Assembly (NCBI GenBank): GCA_964517765.1
Contig: CAZFEN010000001.1
Coordinates: 34,345-98,344 of the forward strand
Direction of reading: 5' to 3'
Source: an uncultured Actinomycetota bacterium
Lineage (GTDB): Bacteria; Actinomycetota; Humimicrobiia; Humimicrobiales; Humimicrobiaceae
Length of the DNA: 64,000 nucleotides
The notes under the pieces are model-generated. The model was not told where the DNA came from, did no database searches, and saw only the letters and a program-made list of their open reading frames with translations. Positions within the stretch are counted from its first letter, which is position 1. Each line of letters opens with the position of its first letter. Of the stretch, positions 58,091 to 64,000 are shown piece after piece. The translations under genes and the position numbers were made by a program.

Positions 58091-58552
58091 ATGCAAAAAA
58101 AGTTAATATGTGCATGTGCAGCAAAAATATTGATAATATCACTAATACTTTTTATTTTTATCATCCCCTTGAATATTCTCGAAGCTGAAACCTATGAAGA
58201 GTTTCTGAGTAATCATCAGTTCGGATGTACCAAAATGGAACCCGGAACCCAAAAAGCAGTTTATCTGACAGAGTATAGTATCGCCGATATTAAAAAAAGG
58301 AAAGAAATCTATGAGTTAGTATCGAATACCGAACTTAACAGTATCGTATTCGATGTGAAGGATGACTCCGGCAGTATTGGCTATGACAGCAATGTAGAAC
58401 TGGCAGGTGAAAGCGGGGCCGAGAAAAATTACTATGATATAGATGCGGTACTGAGGGAAATGAAAAGCAAAGGTATTTACAGCATAGCCAGATTTGTTGT
58501 TTTTAAGGACAATATTTTACCACGATTCAGGCTGCAGAAGATCTGGAAATAG
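58091..58552 (+). pseudogene. DUF4015 (putative glycoside hydrolase) N-terminal fragment, truncated relative to family length
   Basis: KAVYLT...NSIVFDVKDDSGSIGYDS...KGIYSIARFVVFKDNIL matches the DUF4015 N-terminus; ORF stops after 153 aa and the downstream sequence continues briefly in another frame. Confidence 0.4.
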
Positions 58553-58675
58553 AAGGATTTTTATTCTGGAACGCAGCAAATAAATATGGAACAGTGGAGA
58601 AAGTGTTGAATGCCAGAGAAAATGAATAAGAATTTGTTTTTTACTAATTGATTTTTAAATATAAGGAGGAATTCT

Positions 58676-59596
58676 ATGGAGATTGAGGAAAATTTTAAAT
58701 ATGGAGGGTGGGAAAACTGTATCCGTCTTACGAGCGGAGAAGTAGAAGTAATAATTACTACTGATGTGGGGCCAAGAATTATAAGATTTGGATTTAAAGG
58801 AGATCAAAATCTTTTCGGGGAAATGAAGCAGCAACAAGGCAAGACCGGCGGGAATGAATGGGTAACATACGGAGGACACAGGTTCTGGCATGCGCCCGAG
58901 GCCATGCCGCGAACATATTTTCCTGATAATAATCCTGTTAATTACCGGTGGAATGGGAAAACTCTCAAGCTTATCCAGGATATTGAAGACACGACAGGCA
59001 TGCAAAAAGAAATAGAGGTAACTCCCGGACAGGCAAATAACCACATAAGGGTGCTGCATAGACTCATCAATAAGAATATCTGGGAAATAGAGCTTGCACC
59101 ATGGGCGATTACGGTTATGGCAAAAAAAGGCAGGGCTATAGTACCGCAGGAACCTTACCGAACTCATGAAGGAAGTCTTCTTCCAGCCCGCCCACTCGTT
59201 CTCTGGCCCTATACGGAAATGAGTGATCCCAGATTTATCTGGGGTAATAGATTTATACAGGTAAAGCAGGATCCGGAGGCAAAAACTGCACAAAAAATCG
59301 GAGTTTTAAATACGCTGGGTTGGGCAGCATATTATCTTAACGAACAGCTTTTTATAAAAAGATACAGGTTTGATCCGGAAGCCCGTTACCCTGATTTTGG
59401 AGCAAATACGGAAGTATTTTCAAATCCGGATATACTGGAGATAGAGACACTTGGCAGTATGAAAAGACTACCCCCCGGTGGATCTACCGAACATATCGAA
59501 AACTGGTTTCTATTTAAGATGAAACTAAGCGAGGATGAGGAACTGCTGGAAAATGAACTGACTCCTTTTATAAAAAAGACAGACATAGATGTTTAA
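58676..59596 (+). CDS. hypothetical protein (possibly carbohydrate-active beta-sandwich fold); no motif recognised
   Basis: 306-aa ORF with strong RBS AAGGAGGA; YGGHRFWHAPE segment not recognised. Confidence 0.5.
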   Translation: MEIEENFKYGGWENCIRLTSGEVEVIITTDVGPRIIRFGFKGDQNLFGEMKQQQGKTGGNEWVTYGGHRFWHAPEAMPRTYFPDNNPVNYRWNGKTLKLIQDIEDTTGMQKEIEVTPGQANNHIRVLHRLINKNIWEIELAPWAITVMAKKGRAIVPQEPYRTHEGSLLPARPLVLWPYTEMSDPRFIWGNRFIQVKQDPEAKTAQKIGVLNTLGWAAYYLNEQLFIKRYRFDPEARYPDFGANTEVFSNPDILEIETLGSMKRLPPGGSTEHIENWFLFKMKLSEDEELLENELTPFIKKTDIDV

Positions 59597-59678
59597 GGGT
59601 AAAAATTTTAATGAATGATTTGCTTACGGCAGATTATTGTTTTTTTATTCTTTAATATCCAAAGAGGGAAATGAACCT

Positions 59679-60611
59679 CTAGTGCCTGTTGTTATAATCT
59701 CTTACTAGCTTTGCTATTTCTTTTATATGTTCGGGCTTACTTCCGCAGCATGCTCCCAGTATCGATGGCTTATAGGGAAGAAATTTGGATATATTGGAAG
59801 CCATGATTTCCGGAGTCTCGTCAAATATAGTTTTACCATCTACCAGCGAAGGCATTCCTGCGTTGGGCTGAAAGATAAGTCTGGCATTTGCATTTGCTTC
59901 TCTCATCTTTTTAACCACATTTAACATGGTGCCAGAACCTACGCTGCAATTTGCCCCGACAATGTTGCTGCCGGCATCGATTAAAACATTTACAACGTCT
60001 TTAGCCTTGTTCCCCATTAGAGTTACTCCATTTTCACCAAAAGTAAGGCAGCACGCAATGGGGATATCTTTTGATATTTTTCTTATTGCTTTGATCGCAG
60101 TCAATGCTTCGTTTAGATCCATTATTGTTTCGATGACCATAAGATCTACTTTTCCTATTAAAGCATCCGCCTGTTCTGAAAAAGAGTCCAGCGCTTCTTC
60201 ATATTGCAGAGGGCCAAAAGGTTTCAGAAGTTTACCGAGGGGTCCTATATCTCCGGCAATGAAGATAGGTTTTCTATCGCCGTATGTGGCTCTATAGATA
60301 TTGATTGCTTCATTTACAGCACTTACTGCATTCTCATTTATCTCTTTTGTTTTATTTTGAAATCCATGGAATTCTAGTTTGGTTGGAGTGGAATTAAAAG
60401 TATTGGTAATAATAATATCGGATCCGGCTTTGAGATAGCCTAAATGTATATCTATGATTTCTTTTATATGGCTGCTGTCCAGATTCAGAGAATCAGGCAG
60501 CACAGAATAACCTGATGTCATCAGGGTTGCTCCCATAGAACCATCGGAAACAAGAATTTTTTCATCTAAAATGTCTAAAAATTCTTTTTTATTGGCATTT
60601 TTATTTATCAT
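59679..60611 (-). CDS. homocysteine S-methyltransferase domain protein (MetH N-terminal domain-like / MmuM-like), stand-alone
   Basis: 310 aa; N-terminus ILVSDGSMGATL; C-terminal GACCGS zinc-ligand cysteines. Confidence 0.75.
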   Translation of the reverse strand: MINKNANKKEFLDILDEKILVSDGSMGATLMTSGYSVLPDSLNLDSSHIKEIIDIHLGYLKAGSDIIITNTFNSTPTKLEFHGFQNKTKEINENAVSAVNEAINIYRATYGDRKPIFIAGDIGPLGKLLKPFGPLQYEEALDSFSEQADALIGKVDLMVIETIMDLNEALTAIKAIRKISKDIPIACCLTFGENGVTLMGNKAKDVVNVLIDAGSNIVGANCSVGSGTMLNVVKKMREANANARLIFQPNAGMPSLVDGKTIFDETPEIMASNISKFLPYKPSILGACCGSKPEHIKEIAKLVRDYNNRH

Positions 60612-60703
60612 TTATTTCTTCTCTGCCATTTTGTCTTTTTAAGCATCTTTTTATGCTTTTTCTTTCTCATTTTTCTTTTTCGCTTTTTGATAACAGAACT
60701 CAT
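60608..60703 (-). CDS. 31-aa highly basic micro-protein resembling ribosomal protein bS22 (below the ORF-track cutoff)
   Basis: MSSVIKKRKRKMRKKKHKKMLKKTKWQRRNK vs mycobacterial bS22 [21 protein letters not shown]..QRR; stop TGA overlaps the ATG of the downstream gene (ATGA). Confidence 0.55.
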   Translation of the reverse strand: MSSVIKKRKRKMRKKKHKKMLKKTKWQRRNK

Positions 60704-60863
60704 GGTACTTCCTTGCCGATATATATCTTTATAAAATAGAAAAAATTTAGATATGAAGAAAATTCTCTCATATCAGGTAAGCTATTATACCAGAAATATT
60801 TCCGTATAGAATAATAAAAAGTATTATTTTTTATCAAAAATATATTTAAAATGTAGATTTCTA

Positions 60864-60892
60864 TTGACATACAATATGTAGTATATTAATAT
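60864..60892 (+). promoter_or_regulatory. sigma70-type promoter for nrdJ (TTGACA-17-TAATAT)
   Basis: Hexamers read from sequence about 200 bp upstream of nrdJ. Confidence 0.4.
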
Positions 60893-60916
60893 TTAGGTAC
60901 ACACAATATAAGGAAT
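60869..60916. promoter_or_regulatory. two NrdR-box-like 16-mers (ATACAATATGTAGTAT and ACACAATATAAGGAAT) whose starts are 32 bp apart, overlapping the nrdJ promoter
   Basis: 13/16 and 12/16 matches to NrdR-box consensus acaCwAtATaTwGtgt; 32-bp phasing typical of tandem NrdR boxes. Confidence 0.35.
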
Positions 60917-61092
60917 CAAAACAGTTCTCCTGAAACAGTAAGAAATATAAACTTGCGAAGGTTAAAATAATTGTTTAGGCGTTTTACGGCGGATAATACT
61001 CACTTCATATGGGGAGCCATAGATTGAGACGAATATATTTTAAATCAAACAAGTTTTACAGATAAATAATTAAATCATGGTGGTGTTGATTT

Positions 61093-63468
61093 ATGGAAGA
61101 TACTAAAAAATCAAAAAGTAAAAAGAGCCTTAATGATTATTACATGAGTAAAGAAATTAACCTGTCCGAAAATGCTGTAAAAGTTCTGGAAAGAAGATAT
61201 TTAAAAAGGGATGAGGAAGGAATTCTTCTGGAAAAACCCGGAGACATGTTTATAAGAGTCGCAGGGAATATCGCATCTGCCGAAAAGAAGTATGGTAAGA
61301 CAGAAGAAGAAGTAAAAGAAGTAGAGAAGCAGTTTTTTGATATCATGGCTGATCTTGATTTCCTTCCTAATTCTCCGACCCTTATGAATGCTGGGAAAGA
61401 ACTTCAACAGCTGGCAGCGTGTTTTGTTTTGCCTGTAGGAGATTCCATGAATGCTATTTTTGAGGCACTGAAGGAAACGGCACTGATCCAGAAATCCGGT
61501 GGAGGAGTGGGGTATTCGTTTTCCGATATAAGACCGAAAAATGATGTGGTCCTTTCTACCAAAGGTGTCTCAAGCGGACCTATTTCTTTTATGACTGTTT
61601 TTAATGCGGCTACCGATACTATAAAGCAGGGTGGAACCAGAAGAGGTGCAAATATGGGAATACTGAGAGTGGATCATCCCGATATTCTGGATTTTATTAC
61701 CTCAAAGGAAAATAATGAGAAATTGACCAATTTCAATATCTCGGTGGGAGTTACGGAAAAATTTATGAAAGCTGTCGAAAATGATGACGAGTATGAAATC
61801 ATAAATCCCAGAACCAAAGAGGTGGTAGATAGATACAGGGCAAAGGAAGTATTCGGTAAGATCGTAGATCACGCCTGGAAGAATGGCGATCCGGGAATTA
61901 TATTTCTGGATAGATTGAATAAAGATAATCCAACACCGAACCAGGGGCAGATAGAAAGTACCAATCCGTGCGGCGAACAGCCCCTGCTTCCCTACGAGGC
62001 GTGCAATCTGGGATCCATAAATCTGGCCCATATGGTAAAAGAGGAAGAGGGCATAAAAAAAGTAGATTATGACAGATTAAAGAATGTCACTTATACGGCG
62101 GTAAGATTTTTAGATGATGTTATCGATATGAGCAGATACCCTCTTGAAAAGATAAGTAAAATGGCTCATGGTAACAGAAAAATTGGTCTGGGGGTCATGG
62201 GATACGCTGACCTGCTTATAATCCTTGGTATACCATACGACAGTGAGGAGGCGCTTGAACTTGCCCAGAAGATAATGAGTTTTATTCAGGATGAATCCAA
62301 AAACGCATCACGGGAACTGGCAAAAGAAAAAGGGATCTTTCCAAACTTCAAGGGGAGCGTTTACGATAGCCCCGATGGTTACGAGATCAGAAATGCAACG
62401 ACTACCACTATTGCCCCTACGGGAACCCTGAGTATTATAGCTGATTGCTCAAGCGGTGTAGAACCAATATTTGCCATATCATTTGTTAAAAATGTCATGG
62501 ATAATGATAGGCTGGTCGAGATTAATGATCATTTTGAGGAACTTGCAAACAAAGAAGGATTTTATAGTAAAGAATTGATGGAAAAGATAGCCGAAAAGGG
62601 CAATTTAAAAGATATCGAGGAGGTTCCTTCAAGATACAGGAGGGTATTTATCACGGCACATGAAATATCACCGATATGGCATGTAAGGACTCAGGCCGCT
62701 TTTCAAAAATTTGTGGATAACGCAGTTTCGAAAACAGTTAATTTTTCAAATGATGCTACGGTCCAGGATGTGGAAAATGTATATATGCTGGCTTACAGGC
62801 TCGGCTGTAAAGGAATAACCATTTTCAGGGATAAAAGCAGGGGAACCCAGGTTCTTGAGGTGGAAGGAAAGAAAAAAGCAGAAGAGGGGTTAAAAGAAGT
62901 TACTGTCCGGAAAAAAGTAAAAGAAAAGAAAAAAGGTTTTCCTGAAGTCAAAGAAGAAAATGAAGTTATTGAAGAAAATAAAGAAGAAATAAAAGATGTG
63001 AAATTAAAGCCCCGATCCAGACCGGAAGTCACCCATGGCATGACCAAAAAGTATAAAATAGGAAATTGCGGGAAGCTTTACGTGACCGTGAATTCAGATG
63101 AAAATGGTATCTGTGAAGTATTTATAAATACAGGTGAAGAGGGCTGTACCGCCCTGACAGAAGCAGTGGGCAGGCTCATAAGTGTCGCTATCAGGTCAGG
63201 TATAGATATAGAATCGGTAAAGAAACAGGTGATAGGAATAAGATGTATAACCTGTATTGCCGATAATGAAACCCATGTCCTTTCCTGCCCGGATGCAATG
63301 GGTAAAGCAATAGAGTTTTATATGAACGGATCCAATAAGTTTGATTTGAGTAAAACCAGTGGTCCCAGGTCCATTATGATATGTCCGGAGGATGGCTGCG
63401 GAGGTATAATGGAACCTGAAGGAGGCTGCTATATCTGCAGAAATTGCGGTTATTCCAAATGTTCTTAA
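61093..63468 (+). CDS. nrdJ: adenosylcobalamin-dependent (class II) ribonucleotide reductase
   Basis: 791 aa; class II RNR core, K/E-rich linker, C-terminal zinc ribbon CPEDGCGG...CYICRNCGYSKC. Confidence 0.85.
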   Translation: MEDTKKSKSKKSLNDYYMSKEINLSENAVKVLERRYLKRDEEGILLEKPGDMFIRVAGNIASAEKKYGKTEEEVKEVEKQFFDIMADLDFLPNSPTLMNAGKELQQLAACFVLPVGDSMNAIFEALKETALIQKSGGGVGYSFSDIRPKNDVVLSTKGVSSGPISFMTVFNAATDTIKQGGTRRGANMGILRVDHPDILDFITSKENNEKLTNFNISVGVTEKFMKAVENDDEYEIINPRTKEVVDRYRAKEVFGKIVDHAWKNGDPGIIFLDRLNKDNPTPNQGQIESTNPCGEQPLLPYEACNLGSINLAHMVKEEEGIKKVDYDRLKNVTYTAVRFLDDVIDMSRYPLEKISKMAHGNRKIGLGVMGYADLLIILGIPYDSEEALELAQKIMSFIQDESKNASRELAKEKGIFPNFKGSVYDSPDGYEIRNATTTTIAPTGTLSIIADCSSGVEPIFAISFVKNVMDNDRLVEINDHFEELANKEGFYSKELMEKIAEKGNLKDIEEVPSRYRRVFITAHEISPIWHVRTQAAFQKFVDNAVSKTVNFSNDATVQDVENVYMLAYRLGCKGITIFRDKSRGTQVLEVEGKKKAEEGLKEVTVRKKVKEKKKGFPEVKEENEVIEENKEEIKDVKLKPRSRPEVTHGMTKKYKIGNCGKLYVTVNSDENGICEVFINTGEEGCTALTEAVGRLISVAIRSGIDIESVKKQVIGIRCITCIADNETHVLSCPDAMGKAIEFYMNGSNKFDLSKTSGPRSIMICPEDGCGGIMEPEGGCYICRNCGYSKCS

Positions 63469-64000
63469 TCTGCATCCTTATCTTTTAAAATTTTTTCAAG
63501 AGATGATTTATAAATTTTATAATCGCCCCCGGAGAATAAAACCATTCGTACAAGTTCGATTTCCGCATGCTTCTTTAAAAAATCGGCGATGGTTTTAAGT
63601 GCAATCACCGATGCCTCTTTTACCGGATAACCGAAAATTCCTGTGCTTATCGATGGGAAAGAAATACTCTTGATATTGTTTTGGGAAGCCAGAAGCAGAC
63701 TGTTCTTATAACAATTTTTTAAATCCTGGGCATCGTCTGCACTGCCGCTGTAAACGGGACCGACGGTATGAATGACATGTTTTGCCTTAAGATTATGCCC
63801 ACCCGATAGTTTTGCCTCACCGGTTTCGCAGCCGCCAAGTTTTTTACTTTCTTCCCACAACTCCGGTCCCGCTGCTCTATGAATGGCACCGGATACGCCT
63901 CCGCCGGGAGAGAGTCTCCTGTTTGCAGCATTTGCTATTGCCTCTGTTTTCTGGACGGTTATATCTCCGCAAATAAGTTCAAGAATCGAGTTTCCGATAT
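63465..64000 (-). CDS. macro-domain protein (ADP-ribose binding / O-acetyl-ADP-ribose deacetylase-like); N-terminal part lies beyond the window end
   Basis: Frame open to the window edge; GDIT...AIANAAN...GGGVSGAIHRAAG...HVIHTVGPVY motifs; stop overlaps nrdJ stop by 4 nt. Confidence 0.75.
   Translation of the reverse strand, partial: IGNSILELICGDITVQKTEAIANAANRRLSPGGGVSGAIHRAAGPELWEESKKLGGCETGEAKLSGGHNLKAKHVIHTVGPVYSGSADDAQDLKNCYKNSLLLASQNNIKSISFPSISTGIFGYPVKEASVIALKTIADFLKKHAEIELVRMVLFSGGDYKIYKSSLEKILKDKDAD

Noticed and set aside
60917-61092. Possible cobalamin riboswitch in the long 5' leader of the B12-dependent nrdJ
   Set aside because: No B12-box (GCCACTG-like) or the conserved GGAA/GCC stems could be found; the leader is AT-rich without riboswitch structure.
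62860-62990. K/E-rich low-complexity segment inside nrdJ as a possible insertion or intein
   Set aside because: No intein splice motifs (no Cys/Ser +1 with His-Asn C-terminus). It reads as a flexible linker before the conserved C-terminal domain and zinc ribbon.
1-64000. CRISPR arrays, tRNA/rRNA genes, transposases/integrases, prophage genes
   Set aside because: No regularly spaced direct repeats with unique spacers, no tRNA-like GC-rich cloverleaf islands in the AT-rich intergenic regions, and no ORF with DDE/tyrosine-recombinase motifs were found.

Overview
This 64-kb window is a low-GC (about 35-40%) bacterial chromosomal segment centred on the replication-origin gene neighbourhood. On the minus strand the order is rpmH-rnpA-yidD-yidC-jag(khpB)-mnmE-mnmG-like paralog-mnmG-rsmG-parA-parB-lipA, and dnaA-dnaN lie on the plus strand. 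An unexpected 288-aa GHKL-ATPase/winged-helix ORF is inserted directly upstream of dnaA. A cluster of 9-bp TGTTGAAAA/TTTTCAACA repeats (DnaA-box-like) lies between it and rpmH. Other content: larC/larE (lactate racemase cofactor biosynthesis), a cysteine desulfurase next to nadE, a nitrogen-assimilation cluster (OmpR-type orphan regulator, amt, PII, glnA), a pantothenate operon (DUF2520-like reductase, panB, panC, panD), three c-di-GMP proteins including two GGDEF/HD-GYP fusions, corA, an htrA-like protease, an ECF sigma/anti-sigma pair, an NCS2 purine permease, a PKD/transglutaminase lipoprotein, a PadR-DUF1700-DUF4097-DUF2807 envelope module, an HD-domain/DUF2779 nuclease pair, an ABC-2 exporter, a nitroreductase, a bS22-like micro-protein coupled to a homocysteine methyltransferase, class II RNR (nrdJ) and a macro-domain gene. 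No rRNA, tRNA, CRISPR array or transposase/integrase was seen. The region 4.85-7.25 kb is a compositionally distinct AT-rich islet (about 20% GC). All functional calls rest on reading motifs in the translated ORFs; no database searches were run.
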